In this document: in pieces, positions 9,429-21,583 of the stretch
How positions within the stretch are numbered: position 1 is the stretch's first letter
Layout: every line of letters begins with the position of its first letter
NCBI GenBank assembly: GCA_041649175.1
Contig: JBAZNR010000001.1
Location: 1,103,497 to 1,167,496, forward strand
From: Candidatus Omnitrophota bacterium
GTDB lineage: Bacteria; Omnitrophota; Gorgyraeia; Zapsychrales; JBAZNR01
Direction of reading: 5' to 3'
Length of the DNA: 64,000 nucleotides
The notes under the pieces: generated by a model
What the model saw: the letters and a program-made list of their open reading frames with translations, nothing else
Database searches by the model: none
What the model was told of the DNA's origin: nothing
Program-made: the position numbers and the translations under genes

Positions 9429-10519
9429 CCGATCTCGACTATATGAAGAAAGCTTTTCAATTGTCGCTTCGCGCCAAAGGAGAAACGTGGCCTAATCCGG
9501 TTGTGGGTGCCGTGATCGTTAAAAATGGTAAGATCATTTCTGAAGGACATCATCGTTATTGCGGAAGTGATCACGCGGAAGTGGTTGCCCTAAAGAAAGC
9601 CGGCAACAAAGCGCGCAGCGCTAAGCTCTACGTGACTTTAGAGCCGTGTTCTCATTTTGGGCGCACGCCGCCTTGTGTTGATGCCATTATTCAAAGCGGA
9701 ATTAAAGAAGCGATCTTTGCCGTAAAAGATCCTAACCCCATCAATAGCGGAAAATCTATTCAAAAGTTAAAACAGGCCGGAATTAAGGTGCGTTTTGGAT
9801 TTTTGGAAAAGGAAGTTTTTAAAGCCAATGAGCCTTTTTTCAAATATATTAAAACAAAAATGCCGTTTGTGACCGCAAAAATTGCTCAAACCTTAGACGG
9901 AAAGATCGCCGCCTCAAACGGGCGATCGCAATGGATCACATCCAAAGAGGCGCGTGATTATGCTCATCGGCTGCGCCAAGAGTTTGACGCGATCTTAGTC
10001 GGGGTGAATACTGTTTTAGCGGATGACCCTCGTCTTTCTGCCGTCAAGAAATTTAAACAGATCAAAAAGATCATCGTTGATACTCATTTAAGGACTCCCG
10101 AGCGTTCTCGAATTTTCAAAAACACACTTCCGTCTGATGTGATCATCGCCACCACAAAAAAATCTTCTTTAGCGAAACGAAATAGTTTTCTAAAGCGAGG
10201 CGTTGATATCGTGATTTGTCCTACAAAAAACAGCTATGTTGATATAAAATGGTTATTTAAAAGGCTGACTGAGCGCGAAATTGTTAACCTTCTCATTGAA
10301 GGTGGTGGGCGGATCATCGGAAGCGCCCTAAGGGAAAATTTGGTTGACCGAATGCTTGTTTTTATCGCGCCAAAGATTTTAGGCGATACACAAGCGATCA
10401 GTTCAGCTTGCGGATTAACGGCAAGACATGTTGATGATGCGATCAAGTTGCGTGATCTGTCCGTTAAAAAAATAGGACAAGATATTTTGCTGGAGGCGTA
10501 TGTTCACCGGGATCGTTAA
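9425..10519 (+). CDS. ribD: Bifunctional diaminohydroxyphosphoribosylaminopyrimidine deaminase / 5-amino-6-(5-phosphoribosylamino)uracil reductase
   Basis: CMP/dCMP deaminase zinc motif HAEVVAL...LEPCSHFGRTPPC plus a C-terminal RibD reductase domain. Confidence 0.9.
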   Translation: MTDLDYMKKAFQLSLRAKGETWPNPVVGAVIVKNGKIISEGHHRYCGSDHAEVVALKKAGNKARSAKLYVTLEPCSHFGRTPPCVDAIIQSGIKEAIFAVKDPNPINSGKSIQKLKQAGIKVRFGFLEKEVFKANEPFFKYIKTKMPFVTAKIAQTLDGKIAASNGRSQWITSKEARDYAHRLRQEFDAILVGVNTVLADDPRLSAVKKFKQIKKIIVDTHLRTPERSRIFKNTLPSDVIIATTKKSSLAKRNSFLKRGVDIVICPTKNSYVDIKWLFKRLTEREIVNLLIEGGGRIIGSALRENLVDRMLVFIAPKILGDTQAISSACGLTARHVDDAIKLRDLSVKKIGQDILLEAYVHRDR

Positions 10520-11081
10520 GGGCTTAGGGGCGGTTAAAGAAATTATTTCGAAGAAAAATCTTATTGTTCTTAAGGTTGATACGGGTAAACTTTTTAAGAA
10601 AATTTCCATTGGCGATAGTATCGCGATTGATGGAGTTTGCCTAACCGCTACTTCTCGAAAGTCAAATATTGTTTCTTTTGACGTGATGAAAGAAACGATT
10701 TCCTGCACGACGCTGAAGTATTTAAAATCAGGTTCAAAGGTCAATTTAGAAGAAGCCCTTCGCGCCAATAGCCCGTTAGGCGGGCATTTTGTTTCTGGGC
10801 ATGTGGATTGCGTGGGAAAAATCCTAGAGAAAATCACGCAAGAAAATTATGTTGAGTTTCAGATCGCGATCAGTAAAGATCAAATGCGCTATATTGTCCC
10901 GAAGGGTTCGGTATCTGTGGATGGAATAAGTTTAACCGTAGGAAAAGTATGGAAAAATTATTTCTCGATTTACATTATTCCGCATACATTGAAGATCACA
11001 ACGCTGGGATTTAAGGTATCCGGAGACGAAGTTAATATCGAAACCGATCTTTTGGCAAAATATTTTTTAAAACAAAAATGA
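10500..11081 (+). CDS. ribE: Riboflavin synthase alpha subunit
   Basis: MFTGIVKGLG N-terminus and the internally duplicated lumazine-binding fold. Confidence 0.85.
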   Translation: MFTGIVKGLGAVKEIISKKNLIVLKVDTGKLFKKISIGDSIAIDGVCLTATSRKSNIVSFDVMKETISCTTLKYLKSGSKVNLEEALRANSPLGGHFVSGHVDCVGKILEKITQENYVEFQIAISKDQMRYIVPKGSVSVDGISLTVGKVWKNYFSIYIIPHTLKITTLGFKVSGDEVNIETDLLAKYFLKQK

Positions 11082-12316
11082 AAAAACGCGTCGTCATAAC
11101 CGGTTTAGGGATTCTTGTCAGCAATGGCAAGGGTAAGGACGAATTCTGGAAATCCTTAGAAGAGGGAACCGTTGGTTACAAGCCGGTGACTCTATTTGAT
11201 CCGGCGGAATTTCGCGTTAACATTGCCGGTGAAGTCAGTGATTTTGACGCCAAGACGTATATGGGAATTAAGGGGTTGCGTAACCTTGACCGCAGCACAA
11301 AACTAATTGTTTCCGCCGCAAAACTCGCCATCGCCGACAGCCAATTTATTATTACGGATGATAATACGGATGATGTGGGTGTTTCCGTCGGAACGACATT
11401 GGGAAGTATTAAAAGTATCGCGGAATTTGATGAAGTGACTTTACGCGAAGGGCCCCGTTATGTTAATCCGGCGCTTTTTCCCAATACGGTTATCAATTCT
11501 CCGGCTAGTCAAATTTCCATTTGGCAAAATATCCAAGGCTTTAATACTACCATTTCCACCGGATTTACCGCGAGCCTTGATGCCATGAGTTATTCTTATG
11601 ATTTTATTCAGTACGGGCGCGCTAAGGTAATTTATGCCGGAACCGTGGAAGAAATGTGTAAACAAACCTTCTTTGGTTTTTATACGCTTAAGTTCATGTC
11701 GGGATCCAAAGAAGGCGAACCGTTCATTAATTGCCCCTTTGATAAAAGGCGTAACGGAATTACCTTTGGCGAAGGCGCTTGTATTATAGCCATGGAAGAT
11801 TATGAGCACGCCAAAAACCGCAATGCGCCGATCATGGCGGAAGTTTTGGGTTTCGGAACGTGTTTTGACCCATTTCGGATCAATAAATATAATCCGCGTG
11901 GGACAGGCCTTATTCAATCGATTAAAAATACTTTAGAGAATTGCGGTTTGGGAATTACCGATATTGATTATATTTGCGCTAATGCGAATTCAACCGTTGC
12001 GGCAGATAAAATTGAAACATTGGCGATCAAGGAAGTTTTTGGCCAGCAGGCGTATAAAATTCCGGTGAGCAGTATTAAGTCCATGACCGGAGAATGTTAT
12101 AGCGCGTCGGGGGCTTTTGCGGCGGCGGCATCTTTGGGCGCGCTCAATAGGAATTTTATTCCTCCGACGGTAAATTATAAAGAAAGAGACCCGGATTGTG
12201 ATTTGGATTATGTTCCTAATAAATCACGTAAGGCGAATTTAAAGAATATTCTAGTGATCACGTTCGGGCCAAATGGCAATAATACCTGTATGGTTTTAAG
12301 GAAATTTATTCCATGA
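11078..12316 (+). CDS. Beta-ketoacyl-ACP synthase family paralog with all three catalytic residues substituted (Cys->Phe, His->Asn, His->Glu). Probably catalytically inactive
   Basis: KAS I/II fold throughout (MKKRVVITGLGILV..., DKIETLAIKEVFG, KSMTGE). The positions that align to FabF C163/H303/H340 read TGFTAS, ANANSTV and KSMTGE. Confidence 0.75.
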   Translation: MKKRVVITGLGILVSNGKGKDEFWKSLEEGTVGYKPVTLFDPAEFRVNIAGEVSDFDAKTYMGIKGLRNLDRSTKLIVSAAKLAIADSQFIITDDNTDDVGVSVGTTLGSIKSIAEFDEVTLREGPRYVNPALFPNTVINSPASQISIWQNIQGFNTTISTGFTASLDAMSYSYDFIQYGRAKVIYAGTVEEMCKQTFFGFYTLKFMSGSKEGEPFINCPFDKRRNGITFGEGACIIAMEDYEHAKNRNAPIMAEVLGFGTCFDPFRINKYNPRGTGLIQSIKNTLENCGLGITDIDYICANANSTVAADKIETLAIKEVFGQQAYKIPVSSIKSMTGECYSASGAFAAAASLGALNRNFIPPTVNYKERDPDCDLDYVPNKSRKANLKNILVITFGPNGNNTCMVLRKFIP

Positions 12317-13068
12317 AAGAATTGAAAGATAAAGTAGCTATTGTAACAGGCGGGTCGCGCGGAATTGGCCGAGCGGTTGTTCTCATGCTGGCAAAAGAAG
12401 GATGCCATGTTGCCTTTAGCTATCATAGATCAAAAGAAGAAGCGCTAAAAGTTGAGCAAGATGCTAGAAAGCTCGGTGTAAAGTGCGAGGCCTCTCAAGT
12501 TGATGTTAAAGATTTTAATCAAGTCAAAAAATGGGTTGAAGAAACAAAGGAAAAATTCGGCCGCTTGGATATTTTGATCAATAATGCCGGAATTATTATT
12601 GATAAGGCTTTAATGTTGATGAGTCCGAAGGATTGGCAGGAGGTTTTGGGTACGAACTTGACAGGTGTTTTTAATGCCAGTCGTTCGTGTATCGTGACAT
12701 TTTTAAAACAAAAAAGCGGCGATATTATTAATATGTCATCGGTGAGCGGTCTAATCGGTCTTCCGCGCCAAATAAATTATGCGGCAACCAAAGGCGGGAT
12801 CAATGCGCTTACAAAATCTTTAGCCAAGGAAGTGGCCGGCTATGGTGTGCGCGTTAACGCGGTTGCGCCGGGATTTATTGAGACGGATATTTTATCGGGA
12901 ATGACACCGGAACAAAGGACAAAGATCTCAGAAAGCGTTCCTTTGGGGCGCATTGGAACGGTCGAAGACGTTTCTAATTGTGTCAAATTTTTATTAAGTC
13001 AAGAGGCGAGGTATTTAACGGGGCAAATTATTCAAGTGGACGGCGGTTTAGCCATTGGCGGCCGCTAA
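12313..13068 (+). CDS. fabG: 3-oxoacyl-ACP reductase (SDR family)
   Basis: TGGSRGIGRAV Rossmann motif. Catalytic S...YAATK and the NNAG motif. Confidence 0.75.
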   Translation: MKELKDKVAIVTGGSRGIGRAVVLMLAKEGCHVAFSYHRSKEEALKVEQDARKLGVKCEASQVDVKDFNQVKKWVEETKEKFGRLDILINNAGIIIDKALMLMSPKDWQEVLGTNLTGVFNASRSCIVTFLKQKSGDIINMSSVSGLIGLPRQINYAATKGGINALTKSLAKEVAGYGVRVNAVAPGFIETDILSGMTPEQRTKISESVPLGRIGTVEDVSNCVKFLLSQEARYLTGQIIQVDGGLAIGGR

Positions 13069-13079
13069 AAAAGGGGAGA

Positions 13080-13520
13080 ATGGCCATGCAACTTGATATC
13101 CAGGAAATAAAGAAGATCATTCCGCACCGGTTTCCGTTTCTGTTGATCGATAAGGTTATTGACCTAAAGCCTAATGAAAAACTTGTGGCGATCAAGAATG
13201 TGTCGGTCAATGAACAATTCTTTGTCGGGCATTTTCCGGAAGAAAAAGTGATGCCCGGTGTTTTGATCGTGGAGGCTATGGCTCAAGCGGGATGTATTTA
13301 TTTTTATCATAGTAAGAATTTGATCGGGAAGAAGTTGATCTATTATTTAGGCAAAGTGGAAGTGAAATTTTCAGCGCCGGTTATTCCGGGAGACCAATTG
13401 GTCATCGAAGTGACCACGGTTAAATTTTTGGCTAAAAACGGTATTTTGGCGACTAAGGCGATGGTCAACGATAAAGTTGTTGCCGAGGCGCAGATCGGTT
13501 TTAGCGTAAAAGAAGTTTAG
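13080..13520 (+). CDS. fabZ: 3-hydroxyacyl-ACP dehydratase FabZ. Start reassigned to the in-frame ATG at 13080 that follows an RBS
   Basis: Hot-dog fold with FFVGHFPEEKVMPGVLIVEAMAQ, including the catalytic His and Glu. The ORF-track start at 12978 overlaps fabG. AAGGGGAGAA lies 7 nt before the ATG at 13080. Confidence 0.8.
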   Translation: MAMQLDIQEIKKIIPHRFPFLLIDKVIDLKPNEKLVAIKNVSVNEQFFVGHFPEEKVMPGVLIVEAMAQAGCIYFYHSKNLIGKKLIYYLGKVEVKFSAPVIPGDQLVIEVTTVKFLAKNGILATKAMVNDKVVAEAQIGFSVKEV

Positions 13521-13550
13521 CGCATAAAAGATTCGCGGGATTAAGGATAG

Positions 13551-13587
13551 GAGCCTTGCGCCAAGCTTGCAGCTTGGCGCAAGGCTC
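13551..13587 (+). terminator. Perfect 17-bp inverted repeat with a 3-nt loop after fabZ. Likely a transcription terminator or protein-binding palindrome
   Basis: GAGCCTTGCGCCAAGCT-TGC-AGCTTGGCGCAAGGCTC, followed by moderately T-rich sequence. Confidence 0.45.
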
Positions 13588-13711
13588 AGTTCATTTCATT
13601 CTTCCGATCAAAATCAGACAGGGTAATTGACGAAACGATGCTCGGATGGTAAACTACACTCTGTTATTTATTGTTAACTACAAATTAAAAAATAAAAGGC
13701 GATTTAATTCC

Positions 13712-13786
13712 CGGGGAGTAGCGCAGCTTGGCTAGCGCGCAACGTTCGGGACGTTGAGGCCGTGGGTTCAAATCCCACCTCCCCGA
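13712..13786 (+). tRNA. tRNA-Pro (anticodon CGG)
   Basis: Manually folded cloverleaf: acceptor CGGGGAG/CTCCCCG, D-arm GCGC...GCGC, anticodon stem CAACG/CGTTG with loop TTCGGGA, T-arm GTGGG-TTCAAAT-CCCAC. No encoded CCA. Confidence 0.85.
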
Positions 13787-13854
13787 TTTTATCTAAATGT
13801 GGATTTTCTCGCTGTTCATCGTTAAACTGAAAAAATAGGCAGTTTAGAAAAAAG

Positions 13855-14121
13855 ATGTTTCAATCGCATATTGTGTATTTAGGAACAGTTCAAGGCGTTG
13901 GATTCCGTTATACGGTCCATCGCTTTGCCTCAGAGCTTGACTTAGTGGGCTGGGTTAGGAACTTAAGCGATGGCAGTGTTGAAATTTTAGTCGAGGGCAA
14001 GAAAGAATCCATCGAAGAGTTAATAAAAAATATTGATGAATATTTCTCCGGCTATATTCAGGACAAAAAGGTCACGCACCGAGAAGCAGAAGTCCATTTT
14101 AAAGATTTCCGGATCGCATAG
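13855..14121 (+). CDS. acyP: Acylphosphatase
   Basis: 88 aa with VQGVGFRYTV...GWVRNLSDGSVEI acylphosphatase signatures. Confidence 0.8.
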   Translation: MFQSHIVYLGTVQGVGFRYTVHRFASELDLVGWVRNLSDGSVEILVEGKKESIEELIKNIDEYFSGYIQDKKVTHREAEVHFKDFRIA

Positions 14122-14166
14122 CACGCCTGTTTTAGTTTTTTAAAATAGTATTTCCTCCACACAAAA

Positions 14167-14892
14167 ATGCGCTACGCCATTTTTTCCGATATTCACGCAA
14201 ACCTCCAGGCGGTTGAATCCGTCTTAGCCGAATTAAAAAAAGAAAAGATCGACGGGTATTTTTGTGCGGGCGATGTCGTCGGTTATGGCGCTAATCCGCA
14301 TGAGTGCATCGGGATCGTTCGTGATCTAAATACCGTTTGTGTCGCCGGTAATCATGATTGGGCTGTTGTCGACAAGGTCGATATCGCGTACTTTAATCCT
14401 ACCGCCCAAGAAGCCATTCTCTGGACTAGGGCAAAGGCCTTACGAGAAGACATGGCCTTTTTGGATAAGCTACCGCTTATTTATAAAAACGAAAATTTTA
14501 TTATGGTTCATGGCACCTTAGATGAGCCAAGCTATTTTCACTATTTAGTGGATATCCGGCAGGCCGCCACGATGTTCAGATATATGGACAGGAATGTATG
14601 CTTTGTTGGGCATTCTCATGTGACGGACATTTTTGTTCTCAAAGATGGGAAAGTCGCTCGGGGATTATCGGCGGATATTTCAGTCGAGAAAGAATGTAAA
14701 TATATTATTAATGTCGGTAGTGTTGGCCAACCTCGCGATGGAAATCCAAAGTCAAGCTTTTGTATTTATGACACCCAAGAAAATACGATTTCCATCAGAA
14801 GAGTTGATTACAATATCACCGAAGCCCAAAAAAGAATTTTAGAATCCGGCCTTTCTCCTTTTTTGGCCTCACGATTAAATCTTGGCCGTTAG
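14167..14892 (+). CDS. Calcineurin-like metallophosphoesterase (YfcE/MJ0936-type)
   Basis: MRYAIFSDIHAN...GDVVGYG...GNHD...GHSH metallophosphatase motifs. Confidence 0.7.
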   Translation: MRYAIFSDIHANLQAVESVLAELKKEKIDGYFCAGDVVGYGANPHECIGIVRDLNTVCVAGNHDWAVVDKVDIAYFNPTAQEAILWTRAKALREDMAFLDKLPLIYKNENFIMVHGTLDEPSYFHYLVDIRQAATMFRYMDRNVCFVGHSHVTDIFVLKDGKVARGLSADISVEKECKYIINVGSVGQPRDGNPKSSFCIYDTQENTISIRRVDYNITEAQKRILESGLSPFLASRLNLGR

Positions 14893-17438
<2,546 letters not shown>

Positions 17439-17453
17439 CGTTTTAAGATCCTT

Positions 17454-18341
17454 ATGAAAGAATTTATCGAAGAGTTTATCAATTTTCTTTCCGTCGAGCG
17501 AGGCCTGTCAAATAATACGATCCTGGCTTATCGTCGAGACTTGACAAAATACACACAGCATCTCTTAAAGCAAAATATTTCGAGTTCAGATGCGGTGAAG
17601 CGTGAAAATATTACGGCCTATATGCATGATCAGAAAGAAAAAAATCTATCGACGAGTTCGATTTGTCGAAGTTTAGCGGCTATCAAGATGTTCCACCGTT
17701 TTTTGGTCCGGGAGCGTTTAGCCAAGGAAGACCCTACCAATCTTCTGGAAACGCCGAAATTATGGAAAAAAGTTCCTGATGTTTTATCGTCCAGTGAAAT
17801 TGAGAGCATGATCAAAGAAGCTCAAGGAAAAGGCTGGCAAAAAATTAGAGATACTGCGATCTTGGAATTATTATACGCCAGCGGCATGCGTGTGTCGGAA
17901 CTTGTGGACTTAAAGATTGATAGCGTTAATGTTCAAGTCGGTTATGTCCGTTGCGTTGGTAAGGGGCGTAAGGAACGGATCGTTCCCATTGGACGGCGGG
18001 CTCAAACTGCAGTTAAGAAATATGCAGAAGAGGTACGTGCAAAATTGGTTAAGAAAAATATTACCAATTCTTTATTCTTGAGCCGCCTGGGAAAAAAGAT
18101 CAGCCGGCAGAGCATTTGGAAGATCATTAAGTCTTACGCGAAACTGGCGAGGATCAAAAAGGTCATTAAGCCGCATACGATCCGTCATTCATTCGCGACG
18201 CATCTTTTAGAGCACGGTGCCGACCTTCGATCAGTCCAAGAAATGCTGGGGCATTCCGATATTTCAACGACACAAATCTATACGCATGTTGATAAAGAAC
18301 GCTTGCGCACAATCCATCAACAATTTCATCCTAGGCCGTAG
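17454..18341 (+). CDS. xerD: Tyrosine site-specific recombinase XerD/XerC
   Basis: C-terminal catalytic R...HxxR...Y motif (RHSFATHLLEHGADLRSVQEMLGHSDISTTQIYTHV) and an N-terminal SAM-like domain. The flanking genes look like housekeeping genes. Confidence 0.8.
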   Translation: MKEFIEEFINFLSVERGLSNNTILAYRRDLTKYTQHLLKQNISSSDAVKRENITAYMHDQKEKNLSTSSICRSLAAIKMFHRFLVRERLAKEDPTNLLETPKLWKKVPDVLSSSEIESMIKEAQGKGWQKIRDTAILELLYASGMRVSELVDLKIDSVNVQVGYVRCVGKGRKERIVPIGRRAQTAVKKYAEEVRAKLVKKNITNSLFLSRLGKKISRQSIWKIIKSYAKLARIKKVIKPHTIRHSFATHLLEHGADLRSVQEMLGHSDISTTQIYTHVDKERLRTIHQQFHPRP

Positions 18342-18347
18342 ACAGCT

Positions 18348-19628
18348 ATGAAGCATTTATTACAAAAATTACCGAAAAAGATTTTAACGCTGATCAAAGA
18401 GATAGGCTTTGAGGCGAAAAGCCGTGGCGTTGTGGCCTATCTTGTCGGTGGATTTGTGCGCGATCTCATTTTGGAAAGAGAAAATCTTGATCTAGATATT
18501 GTTGTTGAAGGTGATGGTATCAGTTTCGCGAAGGCTTTTGCCCGCAAAAAAAATGCCGACATAACTGTATACGGAAAATTTGGGACAGCAACGATCGTTT
18601 TACCCAGCGGAAAAAACATTGATTTTGCCACGGCCAGAAAAGAAACGTATTGGCATAGCGGAGCTCTTCCGGATGTTGAGCCGAGTGTTATTTATGATGA
18701 CCTTTTTCGTCGAGATTTTTCTATTAATGCGATCGCCATGGCCATCAATCCTGGTCAATTCGGCAAAGTAGTGGATTATTTTAATGGGCTTAGAGATATC
18801 GCAAAGAAGAAAATAAGAGTGTTGCATGAAAAAAGCTTTCAAGATGATCCCACTCGTATCTTGCGGGCAATCCGGTTCGAACAAAGGCTTGATTTTCAAC
18901 TTGAGAAACAAACAGAAAAACTATTGAGAAATTCCGCTGAACAGAAAGTTGTGCAGAATGTTAAACCGCAGCGTTATTTTGAAGAATTTAAGAAAATGCT
19001 TAAAGAATTTCATCCCGTAAAACCTCTTCGTCGATTAAATCAGTTAAATGGCTTCCAATTTCTTGGAAATAGTTTTAAAATACGCGCATCGCAGTTTTTG
19101 CTTTTGTCCGCGGTCGAAAAAGAGGTTGCTTATTTTGCGAGAGAATTTTCTGGGAAACGATCCATTGATCCCTGGATCATTTATTTTATGTCGATCGTGG
19201 ATGTGGTGCCCGCAAAAACGCTTAAGAAAATATTAGCGCCGTTTAACCTATCTTCGGTAGACCAAGCGCGAATATATTCGGCGTGTTATGCGGACAGGGT
19301 CATTGAACAGCTTTCAAAAACGAAGTTGAAACCAAGTGCTGTCTATGAAATTCTAAAGCCTTTAAGCATTGAGACGACCATTTTCATTAAAGCAAAATCC
19401 GGGAAGAAGGTTATCCGGCAGCGCATTCACCGCTTTCTAAGTAAAGACAGCTTTGCAAGCCTTCATCTTCGCGGTGATGATCTTAAGTCTTTAGGAACTG
19501 CGCCCGGACAGCCCGTCGGAGCAGCTCTTAAAAAGCTTCTTGCTGCGAGAATAGATGGTACTCTTAAATCAAAACAGGATGAAATACTTTTTATAAAGAA
19601 GTTAAACCAATCTAACGTTAGGGGATAG
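18348..19628 (+). CDS. tRNA nucleotidyltransferase / poly(A) polymerase family protein (Pol-beta NT head domain)
   Basis: GGFVRDLIL...DLDIVVEG nucleotidyltransferase motif. CCA-adding or PcnB-like. No HD domain seen. Confidence 0.6.
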   Translation: MKHLLQKLPKKILTLIKEIGFEAKSRGVVAYLVGGFVRDLILERENLDLDIVVEGDGISFAKAFARKKNADITVYGKFGTATIVLPSGKNIDFATARKETYWHSGALPDVEPSVIYDDLFRRDFSINAIAMAINPGQFGKVVDYFNGLRDIAKKKIRVLHEKSFQDDPTRILRAIRFEQRLDFQLEKQTEKLLRNSAEQKVVQNVKPQRYFEEFKKMLKEFHPVKPLRRLNQLNGFQFLGNSFKIRASQFLLLSAVEKEVAYFAREFSGKRSIDPWIIYFMSIVDVVPAKTLKKILAPFNLSSVDQARIYSACYADRVIEQLSKTKLKPSAVYEILKPLSIETTIFIKAKSGKKVIRQRIHRFLSKDSFASLHLRGDDLKSLGTAPGQPVGAALKKLLAARIDGTLKSKQDEILFIKKLNQSNVRG

Positions 19629-19630
19629 CG

Positions 19631-19972
19631 ATGAGTCGGATCGATCGAATCAATGAATCTGTTAAAAGGGAAGTCAGCGATATTGTGCAAAAGGAAGTCA
19701 AGGATCCTCGCCTGAAGTTTGTGACGATCATGCAGGCAGAGGTGAGCCGTGACCTGCAGCATGCTAAGATCTATTTTAGCGTTTTTGGGGATAATTCTAA
19801 AATTGATTCGGCACAGCAAGGGCTTGACAGCGCCAAAGGTTTTATTCGAAAACTCGTCGGCCAGCGCGTGCGGATGCGTTATACGCCGGACATTGATTTT
19901 ATTTTTGATGAATCTGTTTCTTACGGCGCGCATATCGAAGAAATTATTGAGAAAATAAAACATGAATCTTAA
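19631..19972 (+). CDS. rbfA: Ribosome-binding factor A
   Basis: RIDRINESVKREVSDIV...VTIMQAEVSRDLQHAKIYFSV is a typical RbfA sequence. Confidence 0.85.
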   Translation: MSRIDRINESVKREVSDIVQKEVKDPRLKFVTIMQAEVSRDLQHAKIYFSVFGDNSKIDSAQQGLDSAKGFIRKLVGQRVRMRYTPDIDFIFDESVSYGAHIEEIIEKIKHES

Positions 19973-20921
19973 TCCCATTATAAAAGCCATCAAGGCTAAT
20001 AAAACTTTTGTTTTAACAACGCACGCTAATCCTGATGTTGATGCTCTGACGTCTGAATTAGCCTTGGCGATCTACTTAAGGTCTTTAGGGAAGATCGTTC
20101 ACGTTATCAATGCTGATGCCCCGCTTAAGGTGTATCGGTTTTTACCGAAGATTAACTGGGTCAAGAAATATAATGGTAAGCCTTTGCGCTATGATGTCGC
20201 TATTTTTCTGGATTGTGCTGATTTCTCTAGGATCGGTTCTGTCGAAGGCTTGATTGATCGAGAGAAAATGATCATCAATATTGACCATCACATTACCAAT
20301 GAGAAATTTGGTTGTTTGAATTTTGTCGACTCGCAAGCTTCTTCGGCTGCCGAGATGGTCTTTACTTTTCTTAAAAGTGTTCGTTATAAACTTACGAAAG
20401 ATATCGCCATTCTTTTGTACTCCGGGATCATGACGGATACGGGGTCATTTCGCTATGACAATACATCACCATATACTCATCAAGTCGTCAGTGAATTGTT
20501 GACGTTTAAGTTTTCGGCAAACCAAATTTATCGAAAGATCTACGAAGCCGTCAATCTTAAAGATCTTGTGATCCTTGCAAAAATATTAGACCGCTTTGAA
20601 ATTCATCATCAGGGAAAGGTTGTTTGTATTGAATTGACGAAGCAAATACTTAAAGGATTTTCCGGAGAATTTGACCTGAGAGATAAGATCTTTACATTTT
20701 TACGTGCCATACAGGGCATTGAGGTTGTTGTGATATTCACGGAAAACAAAGGTGATTTTACTCGTGTTAATTTTCGTTCCCAGGGCAAAGTTGATGTGTC
20801 CCGAGTGGCTTCCAAGTACAATGGGGGAGGACACGCGAAAGCTAGCGGCGGATACCTTGCGATGAGCTTAAAGAAGGCAAAAAAGGAAGTCTTGAGATAT
20901 TTGTCAAAAGTGGTCTGCTGA
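19962..20921 (+). CDS. nrnA: DHH/DHHA1 phosphoesterase NrnA (oligoribonuclease / pAp phosphatase)
   Basis: DHH motif NIDHHITN and DHHA1 motif NGGGHAKASGG. Confidence 0.75.
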   Translation: MNLNPIIKAIKANKTFVLTTHANPDVDALTSELALAIYLRSLGKIVHVINADAPLKVYRFLPKINWVKKYNGKPLRYDVAIFLDCADFSRIGSVEGLIDREKMIINIDHHITNEKFGCLNFVDSQASSAAEMVFTFLKSVRYKLTKDIAILLYSGIMTDTGSFRYDNTSPYTHQVVSELLTFKFSANQIYRKIYEAVNLKDLVILAKILDRFEIHHQGKVVCIELTKQILKGFSGEFDLRDKIFTFLRAIQGIEVVVIFTENKGDFTRVNFRSQGKVDVSRVASKYNGGGHAKASGGYLAMSLKKAKKEVLRYLSKVVC

Positions 20922-21583
20922 TGGACGGATTTTTGGTTATTGATAAGCCCGCTGGAATTACTTCTCATGATGTCGTCAGTTTTCTTCGTAGAAAATTCCA
21001 GATGAAGCGAGTTGGCCATGCCGGAACATTAGATCCTCTTGCAACGGGAGTTTTGATCATTTTTTTGGGGAAGAGCACACAGTTATTTGAGAAGTTCTCT
21101 TCTTTTGATAAAGCCTATGAGGCAACATTACGTTTAGGCTTGCGAACGAGTACCGCTGATATTGAAGGCCGTGTGATAAGCCAGAGGCCGTATGGCGCAG
21201 TGACATCAAATCAGGTGGAAGAGATTTTTACCCGTTTTGTCGGAGATATCGAACAGATTCCTCCCATGGTTTCTGCGATCAAAGTTGGTGGGAAACCGCT
21301 TTATAAATTGGCCCGACGCGGTATTGAAGTTAAAAGAGAGCCGCGCCGGATCAAGATTTATTCTTTGTCTCTTGTTGATTTCGCTTTGCCGGATGTAAAA
21401 TTCTGCCTGGAATGTTCAAAGGGAACTTATGTCCGCAAGCTCGCCGAAGATGTCGGAGATATCATCGGATGCGGGGCTTGCATCACGCAAATTCGCCGGA
21501 CAAAAATCGGTCCGTTTAAAATTGAAGAAGCGGTTAATCTTGAGGAAGTCAATGAAAGTCATTTACGACATTGGTCGTATTAA
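20921..21583 (+). CDS. truB: tRNA pseudouridine(55) synthase
   Basis: GFLVIDKPAGITSHDVV...VGHAGTLDPLATGVL catalytic Asp motif. Short form without a PUA domain. Confidence 0.85.
   Translation: MDGFLVIDKPAGITSHDVVSFLRRKFQMKRVGHAGTLDPLATGVLIIFLGKSTQLFEKFSSFDKAYEATLRLGLRTSTADIEGRVISQRPYGAVTSNQVEEIFTRFVGDIEQIPPMVSAIKVGGKPLYKLARRGIEVKREPRRIKIYSLSLVDFALPDVKFCLECSKGTYVRKLAEDVGDIIGCGACITQIRRTKIGPFKIEEAVNLEEVNESHLRHWSY

Noticed and set aside
10415-10837. Minus-strand ORFs overlapping well-supported + strand genes (10415..10837, 11441..11917, 19463..19993, 30102..30536, 43656..44120, 55675..56058, 6302..6502 and similar)
   Set aside because: They are antisense to conserved genes with clear domain signatures (ribD/ribE, KS, rbfA, murD, gcvH/gcvPA, secretin, FMN riboswitch). 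They have no independent RBS or promoter evidence and are typical shadow ORFs.
17454-18341. Tyrosine recombinase as a marker of an integrated mobile element
   Set aside because: The sequence and length fit chromosomal XerC/XerD. It sits among housekeeping genes (ligA, rbfA, truB), with no flanking direct repeats, tRNA target or phage or transposon genes.
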